IMG/VR virus record: IMGVR_UViG_3300044652_000018
Coordinates: 1-40,364 of that record
Reading direction: 5' to 3' (one strand)
DNA: 40,364 nt
From: a virus
Taxonomy: Duplodnaviria; Caudoviricetes
Below the pieces are notes generated by a model. That model did not search any database and was not told where the DNA came from. It saw only the letters and a list, made by a program, of their open reading frames with translations. Position 1 is the first letter of the stretch. The number at the start of each line of letters is the position of its first letter. This document shows, piece after piece, positions 18,938 through 26,046 of the stretch. A program made the position numbers and the translations under genes.

Positions 18938-19504
18938 ATGAATGCTACCGCAACCGGCAACAAAGCCAAATCCGCCATCGAGACCGCCGTCGCACTGGGT
19001 GAGGCGATGTACCAGCAACCATTCCCAATCGGCAATCTCACGCTCGACTTCGCTAACGGCAAGCGTATCGTTGTCGCCGTGGACGAGCTCAAACCGGAAA
19101 TCATCGCGCACGCCGTGCTCCACGGCCTCAAGCAAAAACTCGTGGACGCCGCCGCAATCTCGCGCGACCCCGCTACCGGCAAGGCCGCCACGATCCAGAC
19201 CAAATACGAGGCCGTCAACGAGGTCTTCGAACGCCTAATGGCCGGTTCGTGGAACAAGAATCGCGGCGAGGGCGGCGCGGGCACGGGCGGGCTGCTGTTC
19301 CGCGCGCTCGTCCGGATGTACGAGGGCCGCAAAACGCCGGAGCAAATCAAGTCCTGGCTGGAAGGCCAAGACGACAAGGCCAAGGCCGCACTCCGCAAAA
19401 ACGCCCGCGTGGCCGCCCTCATCGAGGAAATCCGCGCGGAGGACGGGGACGAGTCCAAGTCGGACGACCTCCTCGCCGACCTCGACGCAATCGGGAACGA
19501 GTGA
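18938..19504 (+). CDS. Early hypothetical protein, paralog of 21108..21680
   Basis: GAGGAG RBS before ATG 18938; shares HG..QKL.D, ERL..G.WN..R, KTPEQIK..L and ALR.N..V with the 21108 protein. Confidence 0.85.
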   Translation: MNATATGNKAKSAIETAVALGEAMYQQPFPIGNLTLDFANGKRIVVAVDELKPEIIAHAVLHGLKQKLVDAAAISRDPATGKAATIQTKYEAVNEVFERLMAGSWNKNRGEGGAGTGGLLFRALVRMYEGRKTPEQIKSWLEGQDDKAKAALRKNARVAALIEEIRAEDGDESKSDDLLADLDAIGNE

Positions 19505-19584
19505 TCATGATCGTCGAGGAGCTGCCCGTCGAGGTGATCGAGCCATTGCCGCCGCCTCTCGAATAGCGTAGTCATACCCCACAG

Positions 19585-19609
19585 GGCCAGCCGTCGCGCT
19601 GGCCTTTTT
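19585..19609 (+). terminator. Rho-independent terminator
   Basis: GGCCAGC-cgtcgc-GCTGGCC-TTTTT. Confidence 0.85.
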
Positions 19610-19800
19610 GCTTGTCGGCGGCGGGGCAACCGCATACGGGTGGGCTCGCCCCCTCACCGAATCGTGTTCAAACCGGTTTAAATGGCCCGCCGTGGCCCGA
19701 CCGCCGCCCGGTTGCTATCTCCCATCATCCCATCCCAAGCTCGTGCCGATTGTGCCGTGTCTGGTTGCTCCTACCGTTCTGGACCAGGACGAGTCGATAA

Positions 19801-19834
19801 TCCGACCGAACTACGCCGCCGTATTCCGACCGGA
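19801..19834 (+). promoter_or_regulatory. Double-dyad element copy 4
   Basis: TCCGACCGAA-CTAC-gccgcc-GTAT-TCCGACCGGA, 7 bp from the long inverted repeat. Confidence 0.85.
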
Positions 19835-19841
19835 TAATGTG

Positions 19842-20100
19842 ATCCTCTGAGCATGGAAGGTTTTCCCATTGCCCCCGCATAGCCTCTTCACGAATCCTCA
19901 GCGCATGTAATAATCCCGTTACCCCAAGACGCTTCTCCCTCTGAACGTGAGGCTCTAAGTGTTATTTTTTTTTTAACGTTGACCCATACACAAGCCCCGA
20001 CCGGGGAAAGCATCTTGAGGTAACGCAATTACGACATGCTCTGGGGATTAACAAAGGGGCTATAGAAGGGCAATGGGAAAACATCTTATAATCGGGGGAT
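19842..20100. repeat. 98-bp imperfect inverted repeat around a T-rich core (candidate replication origin)
   Basis: 19842-19939 aligns without gaps to the reverse complement of 20003-20100 (71/98 identical, counted by hand); the core contains a long T run. The origin role is inference. Confidence 0.85.
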
Positions 20101-20191
20101 TTACAGAGGATTAGCGAGCTGGTAGAGTGATGCAGTGGTTTAGGGGGTGGAAAATGCTTATAAGTATCCGCCCGTCTCGTGAAATGCACTT

Positions 20192-20611
20192 GTGAGGTCG
20201 AAAATGTCTGGAAACAATGGGATGTATGAAGTTTTAGCAGCTACATGGAAAAAAGCCTATGCCGAAGGCGAGGTCGAATTGAAGTTCGAGACTAAATCGG
20301 ACAGGTATCGCTATCGGTTCATGCTCTACAACTTGAGTGCAGACACTAAACGTAAGGCGCTGGAAGGCAAACCAGTTGATCTTGCGTTGGTTGAAGCCGT
20401 GAATGATTGCACGGTGCAGCTGGAAGGAGACGACACAATGTTCATCAGGAACAAGTCGCACACGCCGCTGATGCTTAGCGTAGCGAACCAACTTGGGGTC
20501 AGCACAGCAGAGCTTAAAGCTAAAACTGAGGCTGAGATTGAGGCGGAGGCTCAAGAAAGCCTTGACCGCATCATGGGTACAATAGGGAAGAAAAACAACC
20601 CTTACTACTGA
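20192..20611 (+). CDS. Hypothetical protein (lower GC)
   Basis: Clean ORF; probable start ATG 20204 after GAGG; no recognised motif. Confidence 0.65.
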   Translation: MRSKMSGNNGMYEVLAATWKKAYAEGEVELKFETKSDRYRYRFMLYNLSADTKRKALEGKPVDLALVEAVNDCTVQLEGDDTMFIRNKSHTPLMLSVANQLGVSTAELKAKTEAEIEAEAQESLDRIMGTIGKKNNPYY

Positions 20612-20618
20612 GACAGCC

Positions 20619-20984
20619 ATGGGATTTTACATAGATCGCGACCCAGATCAGTACCCATTGGGCTTTTTTCGAGTGTACTATGCACTACGGGAAGGTTTCC
20701 GCCGAGACCCGGCAGCCAAGAAAATAGTCGAAATTATGGAAGGTAGATATGATAGAACCGACAAACAGCAGGCATATTACCTACGAATGAAGGCATTTCG
20801 GCTGTCTATCCGCAACAGACCGGCGCACGATCTGCACACTTTCATGATGGATTACCATTTCCAGACACGAAAAATATTGTGCGATGACGGAAGCGGCTTC
20901 GCCTTGGAAGTAACAGCCCGACCGAAACTAGGCTTTTCAGCCGGATTTGAAGAATCTTTGAAAGCCCAACTCAAAAACAGTTGA
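20619..20984 (+). CDS. Hypothetical basic/aromatic protein (lower GC)
   Basis: 121-aa ORF starting 7 bp after the previous stop. Confidence 0.65.
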   Translation: MGFYIDRDPDQYPLGFFRVYYALREGFRRDPAAKKIVEIMEGRYDRTDKQQAYYLRMKAFRLSIRNRPAHDLHTFMMDYHFQTRKILCDDGSGFALEVTARPKLGFSAGFEESLKAQLKNS

Positions 20985-21009
20985 CAGTCCGGAAGCCGTC
21001 CTGTAGAGT
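20981..21009 (+). promoter_or_regulatory. Strong sigma70-like promoter
   Basis: TTGACA-17 bp-TAGAGT upstream of the 21108 gene. Confidence 0.75.
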
Positions 21010-21107
21010 TCGATTTCACGTTGACGGCAACGAGGGCATACCGGCAAGCACCCTCTCGTTAAACGTTTCCATCAATTGCCTGCCACAAAACCGAAAGGGA
21101 CAGCATC

Positions 21108-21680
21108 ATGACCGAAGCAACTCAAGCCGCACCGAAGGCCAAAAAAGAAACTGAGATCACGACCGTGACCATGAACGATGGCCGCATCGTGGAATTCGCA
21201 GGCAAGCGTCGCCTGATCAAGGAACAGGCGATCAAGGACGGGAAAGTGGGTATCCGCCTGGATTTCGTCAACGGCGAAACCCGCACGTTCGTGCTGCCCG
21301 ACAGCCTGATCCTGAAGTTCGCGGCGCACGGCGCGGAGCAGAAGCTCGGCGACGAAATCGCCGGTCTGAAAGACATCGACGACGCCGTGATGGCCGTGGA
21401 CGAGCTGGTCGAGCGCCTGCAGAAGGGCGAATGGAACGTCGCCCGCGAGAGCAACGGTCTGGCAGGGACCAGTGTCCTGGCCAAAGCCCTGGTCGAGTTC
21501 ACCGGCAAGACGCCCGAGCAGATCAAGGCCTTCCTGTCCGGCAAGACCCAAGCCGAGAAAGTCGCCCTGCGCAACAACCCGAAAGTCAAGCCGATTGTCG
21601 AGCGCATCGAGGCAGCGAAAGCCGCCAACGGCAAGACCATCGACACGGACGGCATGCTGGCCGGTCTGGAAGCGGCCTAA
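21108..21680 (+). CDS. Early Lys-rich hypothetical protein, probably highly expressed; paralog of 18938..19504
   Basis: Own promoter, GAAAGGGA RBS, biased codons, shared motifs with the paralog. Confidence 0.85.
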   Translation: MTEATQAAPKAKKETEITTVTMNDGRIVEFAGKRRLIKEQAIKDGKVGIRLDFVNGETRTFVLPDSLILKFAAHGAEQKLGDEIAGLKDIDDAVMAVDELVERLQKGEWNVARESNGLAGTSVLAKALVEFTGKTPEQIKAFLSGKTQAEKVALRNNPKVKPIVERIEAAKAANGKTIDTDGMLAGLEAA

Positions 21681-21706
21681 CGGCCCGGGGCTCACGCCCC
21701 ATGCAA

Positions 21707-21781
21707 GTTGCCCTCGGGGGCAGAGCGGATAAGAGCCTTCCTCCTTCGCCTTGGGTTCAGTTCTGCCCCCGATGCGGCAAC
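21707..21781 (+). ncRNA. Candidate structured RNA with a C/U-rich loop
   Basis: GTTGCC/GGCAAC, TCGGGGGCAGAGC/GTTCTGCCCCCGA and inner GAGCC/GGTTC stems enclose a TTCCTCCTTCGCCTT loop. Confidence 0.45.
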
Positions 21782-21783
21782 CA

Positions 21784-21807
21784 GCGGACGCTACGGCGTC
21801 CGTTTTT
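21784..21807 (+). terminator. Rho-independent terminator
   Basis: GCGGACGC-tacg-GCGTCCGT-TTTT. Confidence 0.85.
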
Positions 21808-21850
21808 ACTGGAAGGATAGGGGGATGTCCCCGATAACAGAGAGGTTGAG

Positions 21851-22261
21851 ATGAAAAAGTTCATGATGTTGGCATTCTCGGCGGTGATGGCCCTGGCAGC
21901 ATTCAGCACCTGGGCCGCGGATTCTGTGGTGAACGCCACCGGCACGGTCGTCTACGGCGCGAAAGCGGTTCTGTCGATCGACAAGGACACGTCGAGCGGC
22001 AACCGCGTCGCGGTCAAGTACTCGTCCGGCGTGCAGTACGTCATCGACGACGCCAGCTGGACGAAATACGGCAAGTTCGCGGCGATTCTGGGCACCAACG
22101 GCGTGCAGGCCCCTGGTACGAACCTGATCGTGAACGTCTCGGCCAGCAACGGCGTGTACTGCCAGAACAGCCAGTCCCTGATCGCATGGCCGCTCGGGCA
22201 GATGGACACCCTCAGTGACGGCTGCGCGTTCTGGCAGGCGGCGAAAGCGGTGTCGCAATGA
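21851..22261 (+). CDS. Secreted/periplasmic protein
   Basis: Sec-type signal peptide MKKFMMLAFSAVMALAAFSTWA, two Cys, GAGG RBS. Confidence 0.8.
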   Translation: MKKFMMLAFSAVMALAAFSTWAADSVVNATGTVVYGAKAVLSIDKDTSSGNRVAVKYSSGVQYVIDDASWTKYGKFAAILGTNGVQAPGTNLIVNVSASNGVYCQNSQSLIAWPLGQMDTLSDGCAFWQAAKAVSQ

Positions 22262-22548
22262 AAGGCGCGACTTATTACCCCTCGGCAGCCAGCCGTTGGT
22301 ACGCCGACAGCCCCAACAGCTCTGGCAGTCAGCCCTGCAAGGTGGTCACTACCGACGGACTGACAGCAGAAATTGAGCTGGCCGACGGTACACGGCTGCT
22401 CGGCGTGCCGATTGTCGAATCTGTGGAAGAGGTCAACGGCCCGCACGTGGCACACTTGACGGAGGCGGGGGAGGCCCCGGGCCAGCCCGAAAGCGAAGCC
22501 CCGCTCACGCCGCCTGCTCCGGCAGAGCAAGCCCCGCCTGTGCCCTGA
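22258..22548 (+). CDS. Hypothetical protein with a Pro-rich tail
   Basis: ATGA overlap with the upstream gene; followed by a terminator. Confidence 0.65.
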   Translation: MKGATYYPSAASRWYADSPNSSGSQPCKVVTTDGLTAEIELADGTRLLGVPIVESVEEVNGPHVAHLTEAGEAPGQPESEAPLTPPAPAEQAPPVP

Positions 22549-22570
22549 CCAGCTCCCACGCCAATCCCCG

Positions 22571-22595
22571 AAGCCCGCCATGTGCGGGCTTTTTT
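22571..22595 (+). terminator. Rho-independent terminator
   Basis: AAGCCCGC-catgt-GCGGGCTT-TTTT. Confidence 0.9.
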
Positions 22596-22640
22596 ACTTC
22601 ACGACCTCGGCAAGGGATTGACGATGGTCAAAAGACTGTA

Positions 22641-22681
22641 TTGCAAATCCGACCGGACTACGGTATAGTATTACGGTCGGA
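22641..22681 (+). promoter_or_regulatory. Sigma70-like promoter overlapped by double-dyad element copy 5
   Basis: TTGCAA(22641)-17 bp-TATAGT(22664); element TCCGACCGGA-CTAC-ggtata-GTAT-TACGGTCGGA at 22648-22681 covers the spacer, -10 box and +1. Confidence 0.8.
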
Positions 22682-22714
22682 TTTCCCGGCACTCATGCGA
22701 AGGAGTCGAACAAT

Positions 22715-23245
22715 ATGAACGCAATCCTGCAAGACAGGGATGAGCCGGCGGCACCCGCCGGGCTGGAAGAAGTGCAAGACGAGCTGGATGAGCTGTTGGG
22801 GCAGGGTGGAGGGCAGGCCCCGGTGGATGACCTCGACGCGCTGTTACGCGAGAGCGTCCAAGCCCGGGACGAGGCCCTCACAATCGCGAACATGCGCAAG
22901 CGCTTGCAGCGCGGGGCGTTGAGCGCGAAGGAGAAAGAGGAGATTGCGGCGACGGTTGCCGCCTGGGAAGCCCGCAATGTCTGGTCCACGGTTGCGAACG
23001 TCGCGGTTTTCGAAGAGGTCGTCTGCACCTGCGGGTTCTACACCCGAGTGTTCAGCCACCTGATGCACAAGCAGCAGCACAAGACCAGCCCCGGCATCAC
23101 GCGGCTGATTCGGACCGAGCAAATTGTCGAGGGGCTGCCCCGGCTAACCGCCCAGCAACAATCAACCGTCGAAATGTGCTGGGAATGCGCAGACAAGCGC
23201 TATGGGTTTGACCCTGAAAAGGAGGACTTGCAATGGCGAGGGTGA
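22715..23245 (+). CDS. Hypothetical protein, possible Zn-binding
   Basis: AAGGAG RBS; CTCG...CWEC. Confidence 0.7.
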   Translation: MNAILQDRDEPAAPAGLEEVQDELDELLGQGGGQAPVDDLDALLRESVQARDEALTIANMRKRLQRGALSAKEKEEIAATVAAWEARNVWSTVANVAVFEEVVCTCGFYTRVFSHLMHKQQHKTSPGITRLIRTEQIVEGLPRLTAQQQSTVEMCWECADKRYGFDPEKEDLQWRG

Positions 23246-23448
23246 AGCTCATGGTTGACAGTCACGATCTGATGACGCTGCTCTCAGCAGCGTACGAAGC
23301 CGACGACGGTCAGGCAGCCTGGATGCTGATCTGGGAGGCCAGGCACATGCCCGGCTCGCCACTCAGCAACCTCTACCACGAATACACGGCCTATCAGCCG
23401 CTCGCTAACCTGGAGCCGTCGCCGGAACAGGCGATGCGGCCGCAATGA
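23233..23448 (+). CDS. Hypothetical protein
   Basis: GGAGGA RBS; overlaps neighbouring genes. Confidence 0.6.
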   Translation: MARVKLMVDSHDLMTLLSAAYEADDGQAAWMLIWEARHMPGSPLSNLYHEYTAYQPLANLEPSPEQAMRPQ

Positions 23449-23540
23449 CTGCGAGCGCGGCAGTAGCCTATACCCGCCTGCGCGCGATTGTCCTGCGCGA
23501 CAGGGTTTATCAGTTTTTTGTCCTGAAGGAGGTACAACCA

Positions 23541-23789
23541 ATGCCACGCCCAAAGCACGTCGATCGCCCGATCGACAAGAAGATCAGCATCCCCGAATCC
23601 GTGGTTGCGGAGATTGATCTGGAACTGTTCAGCGAAATCGAAGGCAAGGTCCCACACGGGGCCTGGGCCCGGCTGATCAACGAGCTGCTGGTCAAGCACA
23701 TCAAGCAGCGGAAATCCCACGAGCGGGCAGCACAGCGCGCGGAAGAGCGCCGGGCGTTCGCTTTCGCCCCTGGAAAGGAAGGTGCGTGA
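23541..23789 (+). CDS. Probable ribbon-helix-helix DNA-binding protein
   Basis: AAGGAGG RBS; MPRPK...KKISIPESVVAEID...GAWARLINELL fits the RHH strand-helix-helix pattern. An in-frame ATG at 23445 is an alternative start. Confidence 0.6.
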   Translation: MPRPKHVDRPIDKKISIPESVVAEIDLELFSEIEGKVPHGAWARLINELLVKHIKQRKSHERAAQRAEERRAFAFAPGKEGA

Positions 23790-24223
23790 TGCCGGTCCAG
23801 CCGAATGTAATGCACTACCTCGCCGCGCCGTACACGCATCCGGACATCGTGGTCTGCAACGAGCGCGCCCGCTATGCCTCGATGGCCTGCGGCCGCCTGA
23901 TGCAAAAGGGCTATTCGGTCTACAGCCCAATCACACATGGCCATGCCCTCCTGGACCACATCCCCGCGCGGCTCTCTCAGAGCCATGCCTTCTGGATGAA
24001 GCAATGCTTTGCAATGCTCAAGCACTGCGCTGTGCTGATCGTACTGCCGATCGCGGGCTGGCGCGAGAGCCGGGGGATTGAGATGGAAATGCTGCTGGCC
24101 CAGAGCCTCCACATCCCGATTATGATGGCGCAGGACCGCTGGATGATCGACAAGGGCCTGATGGAGGACATGAGCGGGCAGGAGGCAGCGGAGAATGGCT
24201 GGGGGCTGGCTTGGCTGCACTAA
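23786..24223 (+). CDS. DUF1937-like / nucleoside 2-deoxyribosyltransferase-fold protein
   Basis: YLAAPYTH, VYSPITHGH and GWRESRGIEME motifs. Confidence 0.7.
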   Translation: MMPVQPNVMHYLAAPYTHPDIVVCNERARYASMACGRLMQKGYSVYSPITHGHALLDHIPARLSQSHAFWMKQCFAMLKHCAVLIVLPIAGWRESRGIEMEMLLAQSLHIPIMMAQDRWMIDKGLMEDMSGQEAAENGWGLAWLH

Positions 24224-24259
24224 CGCGCCCCGGCGCACTCACACGAATAGGGAGAACTG

Positions 24260-24754
24260 ATGGAAACCAAACACACGCCGCTGCCTTGGAAGGTCGGGCC
24301 TACAGGCTACAGGTTGGAAGCAGAAGGGTACGGGATCGTTGCTGATTTTGCTTATTGCAATAACTTGGAGGAAGCCAAGGCCAATGCAGCTTTCGCGCTG
24401 GAAGCAGTCAACGCCCACGCCGCTCTAGTTGCTCGCGTGGCGGAGTTGGAGGAGGAGAACGCAAGCTGGCAGCAAGCCTGCGGAGACATCAAGGAGAAGT
24501 GCGACACGCTTCATGCCGAACTCGCCACCCTCAAGTCCGAATGCGAACGGCTGCGGGTGGATGCGGAGCGGTATCGCAAGCTGCGCATGTGGGATTGGTT
24601 TGATGGACCTCTCTGCGTTCTACGCGATCCGAAGAAGGTTTTCGCGCGCGGAAGTGCACTTGGGGCGGACTGCCCTTCTCAAAGCCGTTTGGATGAGGCT
24701 ATCGATGCCGCCCTCAACCCCACATCCTCTGCCAAGGAGGCCAACCATGGGTGA
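24260..24754 (+). CDS. Hypothetical mosaic phage protein
   Basis: KHTPLPW, ANAAF..AVN and DAERYRKLR...LDEAIDAA are modules common in small phage proteins; GGGAGA RBS. Confidence 0.75.
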   Translation: METKHTPLPWKVGPTGYRLEAEGYGIVADFAYCNNLEEAKANAAFALEAVNAHAALVARVAELEEENASWQQACGDIKEKCDTLHAELATLKSECERLRVDAERYRKLRMWDWFDGPLCVLRDPKKVFARGSALGADCPSQSRLDEAIDAALNPTSSAKEANHG

Positions 24755-25127
24755 TACGGATCGCGATCTGCTGGAGCTGGCGGCGAAGGCATATGGTTTT
24801 GGCGCTCCCGGAACCGGCGCAGTCTGTTGGACAGAAAGCGAGTATCCACGAGGCTCTGGTAAGTACGGAGCTCTCTGGAATTATGTTGGGTTCGGGGATG
24901 CCGCGCAGCTCTGGAACCCACTCACCGATGACGGCGATGCGCTGCGGCTGGCGGTGAAGCTGCGCCTGACGATCTCCCCCGATCCCTTCAACGATGAAGA
25001 TTACATAATGGCAACGCCACCGGGCACGCACCAAGGCTATGACTGCATCGTTAATCAAGACCCCTTCAGCGCCGCCCGCCGCGCCATCGTCCGCGCAGCT
25101 GCTGAGATCGGAAGGAGCAAGTCATGA
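24747..25127 (+). CDS. Hypothetical phage protein
   Basis: AAGGAGG RBS at ATG 24747; WNPLTDDGDALRLAVKL and RRAIVRAAAEIG are typical phage motifs. Confidence 0.75.
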   Translation: MGDTDRDLLELAAKAYGFGAPGTGAVCWTESEYPRGSGKYGALWNYVGFGDAAQLWNPLTDDGDALRLAVKLRLTISPDPFNDEDYIMATPPGTHQGYDCIVNQDPFSAARRAIVRAAAEIGRSKS

Positions 25128-25399
25128 GTGAAATCAAGCTGCCGCCGTTACCTGAGCCGACGTTCCTTGGCGATGACGTGAGCTACGGACATGATGCTGA
25201 ACAGATGCGAGACTACGCCACCCAAGCCGTCCGCGACGACCGCAAGCTGCGGGAGTTGAGCGAAGCTGACGTGCTGAATGCTATTGGCTCTGGCTGGCCC
25301 AAGCACATACCGGTCAATGTCGAGCTGATTTTCGAGCTGGGCGCGGCCATCCTCGCCGCATCGCGCGACAAAGCCGCAAGCGCGGATGGGAAGGGGTGA
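25124..25399 (+). CDS. Hypothetical protein
   Basis: AAGGAG RBS, ATGA overlap; LPPLPEP...AEQMRDYA. Confidence 0.7.
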   Translation: MSEIKLPPLPEPTFLGDDVSYGHDAEQMRDYATQAVRDDRKLRELSEADVLNAIGSGWPKHIPVNVELIFELGAAILAASRDKAASADGKG

Positions 25400-25512
25400 T
25401 GATGAAGGTGCGGCAACGGCGCGCAAAGCTTAACCGCAGAAAGTTGTGGCGTTATGCATATGCGGTCGGTAATCCAATCACATGGCTTCGTGCGTTTGTA
25501 CGACTTATGTAA
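25399..25512 (+). CDS. 37-aa cationic peptide (not in the ORF track)
   Basis: TGATG coupling and AAGGGG RBS; MMKVRQRRAKLNRRKLWRYAYAVGNPITWLRAFVRLM* fills the gap between two genes. Confidence 0.45.
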   Translation: MMKVRQRRAKLNRRKLWRYAYAVGNPITWLRAFVRLM

Positions 25513-25521
25513 GGACACCAA

Positions 25522-26046
25522 ATGACAACCAACACCAAGGCCGCCGATGGCCTGAACGAGCAGCGGGAGCGGGAGAAGTTTCACGCTTGGCTGGTAAACG
25601 AGCGTAAGCATCCTATCGGGAGCGATCCCGACATCGAATATGGGTGGTGGGTCGTGTGGCTTGCCGCTCGCCGTGCGGGGCAGGCGGTGTTGATCGAGCA
25701 AGCGGCGAAGATTACGGAGTATCACTGCGTCTGCGACAACGGCGAAGACGACGAGGAAATGAACCGCGTCCTACGCAACAAGGCGGCACAAATTCGCGGT
25801 CTTATCGCCGCCGCTCTCTCCGCGCCAGAACGCTGCTCTGATCCAGCAGCCTGCGATGCGCAAGGTTGTCGTAATCCCCGTGGCCGATGCGAGGAGGCTG
25901 CGCCAGTGGTCGGGGAGGTGGAATTCGAAGCCCTTGCCCATCTCCGCGCCATCTGCAAGGCTTACCTCGACGACCAAGACTCTCCAGACATGGATATCAG
26001 CCCGATCCTCTCCGCAATCGAATTTCTTGACAGGACTGACAAATGA
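25522..26046 (+). CDS. Hypothetical protein
   Basis: AAGGA RBS; ATGA overlap with the helicase gene. Confidence 0.7.
   Translation: MTTNTKAADGLNEQREREKFHAWLVNERKHPIGSDPDIEYGWWVVWLAARRAGQAVLIEQAAKITEYHCVCDNGEDDEEMNRVLRNKAAQIRGLIAAALSAPERCSDPAACDAQGCRNPRGRCEEAAPVVGEVEFEALAHLRAICKAYLDDQDSPDMDISPILSAIEFLDRTDK

Noticed and set aside
19842-20100. N15-like protelomerase (telRL) site
   Set aside because: Arms are only about 72% matched, separated by 63 bp, and no protelomerase is encoded.
21076-21107. c-di-GMP-I riboswitch (CCGAAAGGGAC)
   Set aside because: The second stem and other conserved motifs are absent; the sequence is explained as the RBS.
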